From: Eukaryota sp. TZLM1-RC
Taxonomy: Eukaryota; Protista; Metamonada: BaSk clade
Direction: 5' to 3'
Assembly: GCA_040285825.1 (NCBI GenBank)
Contig: JAUPSS010000013.1
Location: 124,001-188,000 of the forward strand
DNA length: 64,000 nt
Below, in pieces: positions 45,620 to 57,900 of the stretch. The notes beneath the pieces are model-generated. The model saw nothing but the letters and a program-made list of their open reading frames with translations, did not search any database and was not told where the DNA came from. Position 1 is the first letter of the stretch, and every line of letters begins with the position of its first letter. The position numbers and the translations under genes were made by a program.

Positions 45620-46240
45620 CTTTTATTGAACTACAAAACTTAATAATATTAAATCAGAACTAATGGACCCAAATTCCATGAACCAACACTTAAAATACTG
45701 ATCAGCTTTTTTTCTCGCCATTGCTTCTCTTACTTCATGAAGAAACCGATCTGATTTTCTAATTAAAGCAAATTGAATTCCAGAGCTCCATAAAAGATAT
45801 CAAATGTTTTATTGTTTTTTCTTGAACCAATTCCTGGAAATCATTCAAAAAAGTTCCTGCTTCTACTGATATTCTTCCATGTATAAAAAATGGGAAATCA
45901 ATAAAAAATAGTGGTCTGTTTCTGTCAGCATTAGCTTCTTCGATACCTTTGCCATGTTTTCTATGTTTTTCCTTCGCCATTAATTCAAAAGCTTTTACAG
46001 GATTAAGCTTCCTTCTTTGAACCAAAGTGTGATTTGCAACATTACGGGAGACAAAATCAAAAACAGTTTCAGAGTAATCAATCCAATGGCAGTAAATATC
46101 ATTTTTCATAACAGAACCAAACTTATTCAAGGGCACCGTTTGTTTCTTCTTTTCAAGTTCATACATACATGTAATTGTTGCATTTTTTGCCGTATCAAAC
46201 ACAGTATTTCCAACGTCATCATGCAATGGAGACGATAAGC
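45620..46240 (-). mobile_element. Degenerate CRE family B 3' portion
   Basis: HDDVGNTVF, CHWIDYSE, NVANHTLVQRRKLNP, FPFFIHGR. Confidence 0.8.
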
Positions 46241-46359
46241 TTTCAATTTAGAAGAATTCAGAGAATATTGCAAGTTGAGCTGTGCAATTTTAAACAAATT
46301 ATTGTTCAATACACCTTGCACTTTTCTACACTATTTTTTTTCAGTTAAATTCTTTTTTC

Positions 46360-47900
46360 ATTAATTTCAATTTTATTAAAAACCTATAAATCAACATCTA
46401 AAAAGTCCATCTCTTCCAAAACAAAAACACTAGATACAACTCTCTCATAGTGAGATCCAAGAGAAAGCAAAGTATCAGAAACCATCTTCAACATCCCGTT
46501 AAAAATAGAAAACATAATTCTATTTTGCCAAAACAATCTGTTGAAGTTTCTGTTAGTTCTTCTCCTTACAATCATTTCAAAATCTTCCAAAAAACGTAAA
46601 GCCGTTGGTGCAAGTGAACCATAAAAAGAAATTACAAATGGGTACAATTTGTATTTTGCACGCTGTGAACTGGCCAGTTTGGACAATGGTTCATTGTGTT
46701 TTTTGAATTTGAAATTTTCAGCATTTGAAAGAGGATTAACAATTTCAGAATTAACAAGCCTTTCATTTGAGGCATTACAAGGATCAACAGACATTAGATC
46801 CATTAAAATGAAGCTTCCATCCAATCTAGCTAAAATTACATCACCTCTATTATTCTTATGAAAATCATCTTCAGTGTCAAACAGATTTGACAACAGTGGT
46901 TCCAAAAAGGATTCATTTCTATGAGACTTACACATACAATATAACTGGTATTTTACAACATCATGAACCTTGCTTCTAAAAGTAACAAAATGTTTACAAT
47001 TTAACAAATGAGTAGTTGTAATTTCTCGAGAACATTTACAAATTAAATTATGAGGTAAATTATCAGGCCAGATAAAGGAACGAAATCTCATATTCAGCGT
47101 CCAAGCAGAATCGGATAAGAGAGTACCATAAACTTGTGGAATTGTTGTTACTAAGGCAGAAGAAGTACTGTCACACATATCTTGTAAAAGATTTGCAAAG
47201 GCGGGATTCTTTTACTTGGCCAAGCCAAGTCTAACATCAAAATCCAAGCTTTCAAAAATCTTTGACAATTTTTGTTGAAGCTTTTTACAGCAAAACTGTA
47301 AATTAAAAAGAGATCGGTTTGGAATTTCTTGAATTGATTGAGGAAAACATTTGGTCCAAATTTGTGGTGGCAATCTGTCAAGTTCACAAGATAACTCATA
47401 CAAATATGGACTGCAACTGGGAACTAACAGATGAGAATCATTAGGAAATCTACGACAAATTCATAAATTTAATTTTTGCCACCACCCAAGAATGCTGATT
47501 GACACAAAATTGAAGATTTAGTAAATCCAATACCACCCAAATTTGCTGAAGAAAATAAGTGATTTTTCAACATTCCTGGTTCTACATCCAATCAATCAGC
47601 AAAAAATTCTGTTCTCAATGAATTAAAAGAACGACAAAAATCTAATGCTATGGAAGGAGCACAAGATCTCAAAATGTGGGTTATTCTCCCAGTGTAGCAA
47701 ATTTTAAGCATGAAAAATTTAATATGTTTTTCTATATCTAAAGAAGAAATTGAATCAAGTTCAATTTTTATATTTTCCAAAATAACTTACAATTCATTCT
47801 GAATTTGAGGCACGTTTCCTAACCAACAACCAAGGAACTTAAAAGCATCACTACTATAATTAGTAAAACGGACAATAGAATCGTTTATCATGAGATTTTC
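46360..47900 (-). mobile_element. CRE family C (C-terminus ...EEMDFLDVDL), 5'-truncated and frameshifted
   Basis: FLGCWLG, IEKHIKFF.L.ICY, GGIGF, CKC...H...C, RSKVHD, RGD. Confidence 0.85.
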
Positions 47901-47954
47901 AGCAGATGAAATAAGTCAGTTCAATTCAGAGTCATTTCTTGACATTACGGTTCT

Positions 47955-48326
47955 ATGGACATTTCTAATCTTCAACAATCAGCAGACACAGTCTCTAGGA
48001 GTTTGGAGTCCATTCAGCAAAACCTTGAGACCAATGTGGACTCTCTTTGCTCAAACACATTCAATCACTTATCAATCTTAAGAGATCTCTGCCTGGAATT
48101 TGAATCATCTTGTGACAATTCGTTTGAGTCGTCTCTCAGTTTCCTGGATAACGTGAACAAGATCAATTCCGAAATAGGCCGTGTAAGTGCGTTATCCGAT
48201 AAGCTAGTGGTACTAAACCTAATTGCTGATCAGCTTTCTGAAGGTGTGGAGGATGTTATCTCAAAGTACTCCGAACATACTGATCTTGAAGAAGGGGTTG
48301 ATCACTCCATTGAGTCACCCAGTTGA
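47955..48326 (+). CDS. BORCS6/BLOC1S3-like small coiled-coil protein
   Basis: Length and heptad pattern (LQQSADTVSRSL...NHLSILRD...INSEI..V.AL..KL..L...D.L) resemble BORC/BLOC-1 subunits. Confidence 0.45.
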   Translation: MDISNLQQSADTVSRSLESIQQNLETNVDSLCSNTFNHLSILRDLCLEFESSCDNSFESSLSFLDNVNKINSEIGRVSALSDKLVVLNLIADQLSEGVEDVISKYSEHTDLEEGVDHSIESPS

Positions 48327-48598
48327 GGTTTCGATGTACCTCTATTTGTTTGGTGTTGCATGGTGTTTTTAATTTGCTGTTGTACTTGACTTCTGTTAAG
48401 CAGATGTTATTACTCCATATTAGGCTTCTTTTGTTCAATTGAAAGTGTATAATAATTTAATGGTTAGAATATTTTTGTACAAAAAGTTTAAAAAAGTTTT
48501 TTATATAACTGATTCCAAAGTGGCTGCCATGTTGATTTAATGATATGATTGAAATCAAATGAAGTTATCTAAAATTGGTAAGTCACACAAACTGGCAA

Positions 48599-49708
48599 TC
48601 AAACCTTCTTTGCTTCAAAATAAAAACAATCATATTCATTACGTCCCAGACCCTCTAGGTTTTGACAATACTGGCATCGTGAAAAGCGGTGATTCGACAC
48701 TACAAAGCCTACACGTTCTATAACCTTAATAACTTCTTCATGAGAAAGTTCAATGCTCACAAAGCCTGCTGAAGACGTTTCCCTTGTCCAATGGTAGGTG
48801 AGAGGTCCAATGTTAACCCACAGACCATCCTTTTTGAGAATCTTATGAATAATCTCTATGTACTCAATGACATTCGTTGCGGTATCTAAGAACCAGCAGG
48901 TCGCGATCCCGTCAAACTCTTCGTCATCCTTGAATGCATCAACGAAATCTGCTGCCCCTATCTGCATTTTAGGAGGTCCCGGTAGCATTGGAAAGCTAGA
49001 CGGGTCGACATCAGGAATGTTAACAGGAGATAGGATGTCTTTATTACATTTAACATTACTTAAAGAGTGAATAAAAGGATATATGGAAAACTGATTTTCT
49101 TCACACCTATTTAAAACAAAACCAGACATTAAAATCATATAAAATGAAAACTCAATCCCAGTGGTAACAAATCCCTTTCTACACAGCTCCCATACTAACC
49201 TACCTAGCCCGCATCCAGGAACCAAAATCTTAATGTCTTGGTTATATCTTTCCTCAGGTGTGCTGGAAAAATGGCGACACAATGCATCAATCAATGGTTG
49301 AAATGATTGGTCCCGTTCGGTCTTACCTTCAATGCTCCACTCTCTAAACAAACATTTCAGCGTTGCATTAACCTTATCGTGCTGATCTGCTTGAAAGATG
49401 AGTTCTCCATTGAGGGCTAGTTGGAATTTTCTACGAACTTCAGGAGTGATTTCAGTGGCAACTTGGAAGAAGGGAGGGGCCTTTGAGACTGTGGATAGAA
49501 ATTCACCATTGAGAATGTAACACTGGGACAATTTGTTTAGCTTTTCAGCATATTCGGGTATGAGGTCACGATGGGATTGAGGCAAGGATTCAAAGTCTTG
49601 CTGGTAGAATTTGAGGACTTGAGAGAGAAAGATTGAGTAACGATTGAAAGAGCTAACGACCATTAAATAGTGGTCAAAGTCATTGAGAGGTCCACCATCA
49701 TCAGACAT
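48599..49708 (-). CDS. CARNMT1: Carnosine N-methyltransferase (N2227-like)
   Basis: REWSIEG..ER, ILVPGCGLGRL, GIEFSFYM, TCWFLDTA.N, WVNIGPL.YH, ELS.EE; ATG at 49708. Confidence 0.92.
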   Translation of the reverse strand: MSDDGGPLNDFDHYLMVVSSFNRYSIFLSQVLKFYQQDFESLPQSHRDLIPEYAEKLNKLSQCYILNGEFLSTVSKAPPFFQVATEITPEVRRKFQLALNGELIFQADQHDKVNATLKCLFREWSIEGKTERDQSFQPLIDALCRHFSSTPEERYNQDIKILVPGCGLGRLVWELCRKGFVTTGIEFSFYMILMSGFVLNRCEENQFSIYPFIHSLSNVKCNKDILSPVNIPDVDPSSFPMLPGPPKMQIGAADFVDAFKDDEEFDGIATCWFLDTATNVIEYIEIIHKILKKDGLWVNIGPLTYHWTRETSSAGFVSIELSHEEVIKVIERVGFVVSNHRFSRCQYCQNLEGLGRNEYDCFYFEAKKV

Positions 49709-50595
49709 TGTGAGATGAGTGATCAGAAAATGTAGATGAAATGATCTGGATATCAAAAGTCTGATCCTGTTTTTGTTTCAGTGAGCAACCCTGTCGCACC
49801 TGAGTGCGCACCACGGTGCATAAGTGCTAATTGTTATGATAAATCCTGCTTTCTTTAGTATTTTTCATAAATTTTTGTTGGTCTATCTCCTGTTTTCCTC
49901 TTCTACCTATGTGAGCAGTGAGTCTCTAAACGCAATTTTTCCTAGTTTTGTTTTCTTGTTTCTATAGAAAAAACAATAGTTGATGTTAGGGTTAGGGTTA
50001 GGTGGCAGAAATTTGTTCGTGTTATAACTTTTTTAATCATATTGATGAGTTGATTTTTTTAAAACAACATGGCAACTATATAAGCCCAAATCAACAAGAA
50101 ACTGGAAAAAAATTAACAAATTAAAATTACTTATTCAAAATACAAGCCACAAAACTTGGGAAATCAAAACAGAAACAGAATTCTATTCGCTTGATTAAAA
50201 TTTAATTACAAATTCACGTTTTTTGAAAATATTGGAATCGAGGCGCTTTTTTGGTTGATTAAGACTCCTGACATTACAATTTCAAAGTTAAGGACAATGT
50301 TTACAAATGAATATCCTTGCTGAAGTTAAAGGGTGGCACTTGTTCATACCTAGTTAGACGACCTTCGTTGTCTTGGTTCAACTTTGAATTGCTAATTTGC
50401 TTTAGTATTATCTGACCAATTAGGAACAGAATTTATTTTGTTTTGCCCAAATCATCAAGGCAGTTCTTCAGAGAGTAGACCCTGATTAAGGGTGACTCTT
50501 TTTGCTTTGCAATGTCAATACTGGTTCTGATATTCAACACTAAATAAAAGGGATTTATTTACAAATTTAAGTATTTACACTATTTACAAATTAAT

Positions 50596-51120
50596 CTAAA
50601 CCAGAGAAGAGTGATCACTGCCATTGGTGAAGTGATCAAAAATGGAGAGTCTACGTCCGGGGGCTTGTGTTGGTGGAGAGAGCCTTTTGATCTCCTCGTC
50701 CGATCTTGGGTTTGGAAGCTTGACAATACCGCTTGGGCCGAGTAAGCACACGGATTCAACAACATCATCATCAGCATGGGCGACTAGATCTTCCATGCGA
50801 TGGCTGAATCTACAACGTGAGCCAAACTGACAGAAACCCCTTTTGAAAAAGGCAACACACGGACTGGTTTTCCACTTTGCGTGACAAACCTTTGGTCTAA
50901 GCTCGTTGAGGCAATGCGCGAAGTTACACTGGTCTCCAAACTCACAGTGGCCTAATTCCACGAAGCTGCGACACATCTCTGTTTTGTAGTGAGGATTCGG
51001 ACTGCTGTCTGGGGATCGGGGTACTTGCTTTCGCTGCTTCCTGCTTGGTCTTGGAGGACTCTGTGGAGAGAAGGACGGCGAAAGTAGAAGTTGGCATCGA
51101 TTCTCGATTTCGACAGGCAT
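50596..51120 (-). CDS. Tristetraprolin/Tis11-family tandem CCCH zinc-finger protein
   Basis: YKTEMC-X8-C-X5-C-X3-H, 18-aa linker, WKTSPC finger, C-terminal NOT1-binding-like RRLSIFDHF; likely ATG at 51120. Confidence 0.88.
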   Translation of the reverse strand: MPVEIENRCQLLLSPSFSPQSPPRPSRKQRKQVPRSPDSSPNPHYKTEMCRSFVELGHCEFGDQCNFAHCLNELRPKVCHAKWKTSPCVAFFKRGFCQFGSRCRFSHRMEDLVAHADDDVVESVCLLGPSGIVKLPNPRSDEEIKRLSPPTQAPGRRLSIFDHFTNGSDHSSLV

Positions 51121-51457
51121 TGGAATTGGAAACTGAATAATCAAGAAGGGAAAAAATTTCCAAAAAGAGGGGTTGACCATTGCTTACGTGGAGATTTACT
51201 TCATGCCTCGCTGGCATCTCCCTCTTTCTATAATTTAGTTCACCTAGCCTCTCTGTAGCTAGTAAATGTTCACGTGCTTTATCCCGGTGTGTTGATTGTT
51301 TTGTAAGACTGTGAAACTCTTCGTCTTTTGAAGGAAGTAGCTAGAAACATGTTGTTGTACTCTGTGGATATCACCAAATATTTTACCTTTGTTAAGTTCT
51401 ATTGCTGATATAGTAATTGTAAAGCTAAAGTTGAAGAATTCTTAATAATTGTTTCTA

Positions 51458-51657
51458 CAGTCAACCCTCTATAATTGGACCCTCTATAAATGCATATTTT
51501 GCTAATTGCACACTATTTCAAAAATCTTTAATTAAAGTTTTAATTAGTTATTGTATTGAAGGACCTAAATAAACTCTTTAATTATTTATTGCTTTGAATT
51601 AACTTCAATGCACACTTTAAGACTACACAGAATGTGTACATTATAGAGGGATGACTG
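51458..51657. mobile_element. 200-bp pogo/Tc1-type MITE with TA TSD
   Basis: TIRs CAGTCAACCCTCTATAAT / ATTATAGAGGGATGACTG flanked by TA; lies next to a CRE RT remnant (AFMDD, 51690-51800, minus strand). Confidence 0.85.
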
Positions 51658-52505
51658 TATTTTTATTTCTACTTTTAGTATAATATAAAAAGATAGACCA
51701 ATAGGAGATGCTAAAATTTTCAACAAATCTATTGCTCCTTGAACTATAGGTGAAGGACTTATTAAGGATACATCATCCATAAATGCTACAATTGCCTTTT
51801 CTAGTCAGAGTCATGAATTGATGTTGTCAAATTTGGATTCTTTGGTTGAATCAGATCCTTTTGAAGTTTCAACAAGAGGAATATTTGCTAATATCTGCAT
51901 TTCATTGATGAAATTTACTCATTCTAAAGTCCAAAAAGAAAACCATCTGTAGAGAGTTAGCATTTCAAGCACTTAGTGGCTTCTACCGCATCTTTTCTGC
52001 TAGAGAATGTATTATATGGTTGTCTAATGGAATAGAATGATAGTGATGCCGTGTTTGGTATCTTAAAAGTGTTGCAAGCTCAGTATTTCACGTTGATTGT
52101 TAATAGGAAAAAATGTTTTTTATTGATAAAACGTATTGTGTATATTGAAAATGCACTTCTTTATTGAAATTTGAGATAAAACAAGAATAATTAACTACCA
52201 TACATGAAGAAACATAAAGGAAGAACATCACAGTTTCAAATAAAGGCATTGAGGAGTATCAAAAAAAGGTCACATACGCTGCAGAGTGGATCAGTAGTTC
52301 AACTACGAAAGGGACATTATTAGCATTTGAAGTAAAACACACGCAACCGCAAAAGAGAATAGTGTAAATAGCCGCTCCTTTAGGTTACCACAAAACAAAA
52401 ACTAGTCTAAGGGACACATAGTGGAGTTGTAGTAATGAATCTTGCATTTGCAATTCTCCCAATAAAGTATTATCAACAACAAAGTTATTGACCAATAGTC
52501 TGTAG

Positions 52506-53138
52506 ATGAAGGTTGCCTGGAACTCCTCAACTGCCACCAATTCTTCTAAGTTTGGTGGAAGGTCATCATCTATTCTTGCCTTTAATTCCTTAAGACCTCC
52601 TTGTGCATTTCGACAGCCTCCACCATGCAAAGACAGAGCGGTTTACATATCTAAACCACGAAGTCGGCTAGAGTTTGATTCGAGACCCCTTCACATCACC
52701 CTCAACTCTCCACCCAAAGTTAATCAACGCATCTCAGCTGATGACCTTCCACCGTGTTCTGAAAAGCCAGATTATGTTATCTCCACAGAAACTACTGAAT
52801 CTAACAAGCTGCGTCAACGCCAACTGGACACTATACATTCCAAAGCATTCGTCAATTCCTCTAGATTTTTTTGTGAACATCAGGATTCAGTGACATGTAC
52901 CCGAACATTAAAATGGGATAACTTCCTAACTTCCAAAAAATTCATAAATCCCAATCAATCAGAACAACTAAAACAATCAAAAAAGATTGATCAGAAATTA
53001 TGTTCTTCTATTCGTCTCTTCCATGATGGGGTAATTATAGATTCTGCTGATGGCAGTATTTATAGTTGTTGTGGTCAATCCAAGAATAGCAAAGGTTGTA
53101 GACAGTATAAGCGATTTGGAAATTGGAATTATTTATAA
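52506..53138 (+). CDS. Hypothetical protein with C-terminal H..(Y/W)SCC...GC zinc-binding (Btk-motif-like) module
   Basis: FHDG...YSCCGQSKNSKGC...WNY. Confidence 0.55.
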   Translation: MKVAWNSSTATNSSKFGGRSSSILAFNSLRPPCAFRQPPPCKDRAVYISKPRSRLEFDSRPLHITLNSPPKVNQRISADDLPPCSEKPDYVISTETTESNKLRQRQLDTIHSKAFVNSSRFFCEHQDSVTCTRTLKWDNFLTSKKFINPNQSEQLKQSKKIDQKLCSSIRLFHDGVIIDSADGSIYSCCGQSKNSKGCRQYKRFGNWNYL

Positions 53139-53224
53139 ATAATTGGAACTTTTTATTTAATTAATTTCTTTGTTTTTATTTTTGGCTTTAATATTCATTT
53201 ACTTAAAAAAATGTTTTTATTTCA

Positions 53225-53908
53225 TCATCTTTTTAAAAAAACATCTAAATTGCTATTCAATTCTTTCAACAATAAAGATTTCCTCAATTCCCCTCTTTTT
53301 TCATCAAATAAATTGTAAAATCTACTTTCAGAAATACCTAAATTATCACAAATAATGTCCAATACTCTTCCTATTGAAAAGCTATTTTTAAAGAAAAACA
53401 TTTTTGGTTCTATATTGAAACCTTCAACCCCAAGCACGTCCACATACACTCTCTCCCCCAATTCAACTTCCACATCACCTGTAGCAGCATTCTTTCTTCT
53501 TCGTTTTGCCATCTTGCTACTGTTCCTTCCTGGCAGGTGGAACACTGAACGAGGTGGAGGGGCTTCCTTCCGGCATTTGTGTTGGTCAGAGTGTCTGTGT
53601 GTAAGGCAGTAAGAATAGAAACATTTAGAGCACTTCACTAACAGTGATGGCATGAATGTTTTCTTGCAAGAATGGCATTTGGCTGTGTTGATTGAGGTAG
53701 TAGGTTTATCTGGTGGTTGTGTGTTGTTAGAGCATCCTGGGGTAGGTGCATTTGGGCATGAATGTGTTGATGGAGAGAGATGTCGGGCACAAAACGAAGA
53801 ATGACAAAAATCACATTTAGCTGGTAGAAAATCATGACTCCCACACAGGGCGAAGGCACAACGAGATCCAGGAATGGTTTTGTGGTGGTCTGCTGTTTCA
53901 AAGTTCAT
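53225..53908 (-). CDS. ZFAND1: AN1-type zinc finger protein 1
   Basis: Two AN1 fingers (CAFALC..DFLP.KC..C...FC..H....H.C; CHSC...CSKC...YCL.HRH...H.C), ATGD...ERVY and a ubiquitin-like C-terminus (FSIGRVLD). Confidence 0.8.
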   Translation of the reverse strand: MNFETADHHKTIPGSRCAFALCGSHDFLPAKCDFCHSSFCARHLSPSTHSCPNAPTPGCSNNTQPPDKPTTSINTAKCHSCKKTFMPSLLVKCSKCFYSYCLTHRHSDQHKCRKEAPPPRSVFHLPGRNSSKMAKRRRKNAATGDVEVELGERVYVDVLGVEGFNIEPKMFFFKNSFSIGRVLDIICDNLGISESRFYNLFDEKRGELRKSLLLKELNSNLDVFLKR

Positions 53909-54167
53909 TAGGGTGGAAGTTAATTAAAGTGGATTTCTTGATAAAAGAAATATTAATTTCCAATGGGACACAATATCATTGATGACCACTGTTTGTAGAA
54001 AAATCACACTAATTGTTTCAAGTCTCTTGTTGGTAGTAGTTGTTAGTGCACACAGTGTTCTATTTTGGAGGGAAAATTGATTCAATCACCAAGTGGGAAG
54101 GGGAAGGCACTTTTTGATTAAATTGAAAACTTCCACAGAATGATGTCAGAAGTGAGGAAAAACTTGT

Positions 54168-54472
54168 ATTTATTGAATTTGCACACTTAATTAAATCAAT
54201 TCATAACTAATGGGACGAATATCATTGAACCATGATTTCCTCTACAAAATCTTGATTTGCTTGCTGTTTAGCTAAAGCTTCTCTTATTCGATTAACAAAC
54301 CGAGGCAATCTATTAATAATGGCAAATTGAATTCGAGGATGCCATAAAAAAATATTAAATCTTTTCATTGTTTTTTTGAACCATTTTTTGGAAGTTATTC
54401 AAAAAAAGTTTCTGCTTCAACTGATGATCTTCCATTTATCGAAAATGGGAAAGCAATAAAAACTAGCTGTGT
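54168..54472 (-). mobile_element. 3' stub of CRE family B
   Basis: Reverse complement of 57640-57945. Confidence 0.85.
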
Positions 54473-54963
54473 ACTAAACTTGTTAACTTTTGTCAAAATC
54501 AAATGCAGAATTTTTTAGAATTTTTTTCAATTGCAAATTTAATATTTCATATCGCTCAGTTGTTCACGATGCTGTTAGAGACCGACTATACGTTATGTGG
54601 AAAAGTCATCACATTGAAGCTTCTTTTGTCCCTCTTGTGCGTAAGTTGTCACCTGAAGATCAAGATGAAAATACTTTTGGGAAACGCCGTGCTGATTGAA
54701 TTACGCCAGGGTCTGATGGTGTGATAAAAGTTGTTGATGTTGTCATTGTTGATGTTTGTGAGGATTCAGCAATTGATTTTGCTAACAAAGATGAAATTTC
54801 GCTCTGGTTCGATGAAAAGAGCAAAATCAAAAAGTACAATAATGTTGTACTGTGGACAATTAGTCTAGTACATTTATATTTATATAACATAGTTCACTAG
54901 TGATGGCCTTTATAAGGGCCGGTGAAATTCTAATAAATTATTCCTTATTCTTTGTTATCATAT

Positions 54964-57900
54964 ATGGATAAAGCATCATTAATTAATGGCCTGAAAAGCC
55001 ACAATGATAACCCTCCTTCCTCTTTGAGGAAGAGTAATGTACCTTCGTTGAAGGAGAACAATCCACCATCCACTGTGAGTAATCTACCATCCACGGTGAG
55101 TAATCCACCATCCACGGTGAGTAATCCTTCCTTCGCGAAGAGTAATCCTCCTGAGGAGAGTGAGCTTTCCGCTGAGAAGAGCCTTGCCTCTCAGAAAGAA
55201 AGCCACCTCCCCAATAAGGAGAGTGAACTTCACACTGAGGAGAGCCTTTCCTCCCAGAAAGGAAGTCACCTCCCTAATAAGGAGAGAGGTAACCACAATA
55301 TGGATGTAACAGAACTGTACACATATCCCAATAACCCCTCGGAGCTCCTTCCTTGTAGGAAGAGTTTTCTCACTCCGAGCGAGCAAAGGAGATTCAAAGC
55401 GTTTGTTGTAAGTAATAAATCTGACGCTTGTACAGAAGGTGAAGGAGGCGAAGGCGAGCAACGGTCTACGACTAGCTCCTCACGTAATACTCCCTCCTCA
55501 CCTACTTCTGACATCAGCTCAAGTGAGGAACCTCAAAGTGATTCCAGAGGATCTCTTAATCAGAACTACAGCAGGAGAGGGGATGAGAGCGATGATGAAC
55601 CACCTCATACACCCAATCCTCCTAATCCAACTCCTAGGTTTCCATCTACGGAAAGGACTTCTCAGGGTCTTTACCGAAGGAAATTAGCAAAGGCAGTTGA
55701 GGCTGTAACTAGAGATTTCTTATTGGACCTCATCGCCAATCCTCCCGAAGATGTAATGGATTGGAGTGATGACGAATTATTAAAAATGGCTGAGAATGAG
55801 TCAGAGCGTCTTGCGGGAGACGTAGACCCAGCCGACTGTGAGAAGGTCCGACGTGACTATTTAGCGAAACGTTGGCCATTCCTCTTTGGGGAAGCCCACG
55901 GCAAAACACTTGACGACGTCGTCTACGAGAGTTATGATCAAAGTCCAAATCTTTTAAAGAGATTGGATGATCTTACCGATTCGGCAGTTTCGTGTGGAAT
56001 GAGTGCAGTCGAGGATTGCTATTTTAACGCACCTCGTTGAAAGTATCAAGCTGTTACTCCCAGGCCTGCCAAATGGCATAGGGATGCAATTGATGACCAC
56101 AAAATATATTTCAGTGGAAATCAAGAAGCATACGACAGACTATTTTGGATAGCTAAAATGTATCCTCATAATCAACAAGGTAGAAACCTTAGAGGCGTCG
56201 TAAGGCATTTCCTAATGGAGAACGTACACCCAAAAGATTCCATTGCGGACATTTTTATTATGCTTGGGGGCAGATTCGATGAATCTCGAGGTGACACCCT
56301 TCAATTTCATACCAAAGAGTCCTACATTAGAGAAATAGGCACAAGGGTAATTGAATTGAAAGAACAGCGTTCCAGTTTCCACAATAATTGATGATATTGA
56401 AATTCAAGCCAAATTATATTCAATTGATGCTATTCGTCATTTGGGTTCGTTTTTTGGAAATAATGATGAAATTACCAAAAAATTGTTTGAAAAGTTGAAC
56501 TCAATTTCTGACAAAATTGACCGAATGATGAATTTAGATATAAAAAAACACATCAAATTTACCATTATAAGACTGTGTTTTAGTTCCAATTTTAATCATA
56601 TATTTCGATCTACAAATCCTCTCGTCACTAGACCTTTGGCTCAAAAGTTTAATGAGTTACGTGCAAAAGTTCTGTCTCAATTACTGGGATGTAAAATGTT
56701 TCAAATTCCAGATCATGCTTACCTTAGTCCACAATATGGTGGTTTAGGGTGGACGAAGGCTTCTATTCTTACCTCATGTGCTTTTGTTGGTGGATGCAGA
56801 AATGCAATCTTTGAGTTCTCCGAAAGATTTGCAGATTGGGAAGATTTATTGATGACAACGCAAAGTTCCACTGTTTTTGCATTAAATGAAGAAATTTCAA
56901 GAATTGATGTAGAAAAATGGGGTCGATGTTTTCCCCAATCATTCAATGGCAATATTCCAGAAAAAAATGTTTTAAATTTGAAGTATACTCTTCGAACATT
57001 ACAGAAAAGATTGACTGGAATGTATGAAAAAGATCTTTATAATAATATTTGCAGCTCGGCTGTTTTAAATCAAGATCTTCACTCATTGTTATTGGAAAAG
57101 GGTGTTTGTGAAAACAAGGTGTCAGATTCTTCACTTTTTGTAACCATTGTACCACGAAGATTTGGATTGTGTGCTACTAATGAAGCATTTGTAACAAAAA
57201 TGAGATTATATTTGAACATCCCCATTAACCAATTATTATCAAAAGAAAAATGTATTTGTTCGAATTCACCTCAACTCACTTTGCGCCATGCTCTAAATTG
57301 CTCTAAATTGATAACTTATCGTTCTTCATTACATGATGCTGTTAGAGACACTGTTTTCAATATGGCACAAACTGCAAGGATATCGTGTATCAAAGAGCCC
57401 CTGCTGAAAGAAACACTTTCTCTAAATAATTTTGGTTCTGATGATAGAGGTGATGTATACTGTGATTGGATTGATAATTCTGAAGCTATTGTTGACTTTG
57501 TCTCATGTAATGTTGCAAACGATACTTTGTTTCACAGAAGAAAACTTAATCCTCTGGCTGCTCTGGATTTTAAAGCAAAAGAAAAACATAGAAAATATGA
57601 TAAAGAAATTGAAGATGCAAATATCGTTAGAAATACACAGCTGGTTTTTATTGCTTTCCCATTTTCGATAAATGGAAGATTATCAGTTGAAGCAGAAACT
57701 TTTTTGGATGACTTCCAAAAAATGGTGAAAGAAAAAACAATGAAAAGATTTGATATTTTTTTATGGCGTTCACGGATTCAATTTGCCATTATTAATAGAT
57801 TACCGCGGTTTTTCAATCGAATTAGAGAAGCTTTAGCTAAACAGCAAGCAAATCAAGATTTTGTAGAGGAAATCTTGGTTTAATGATAGTCGTCCCATTA

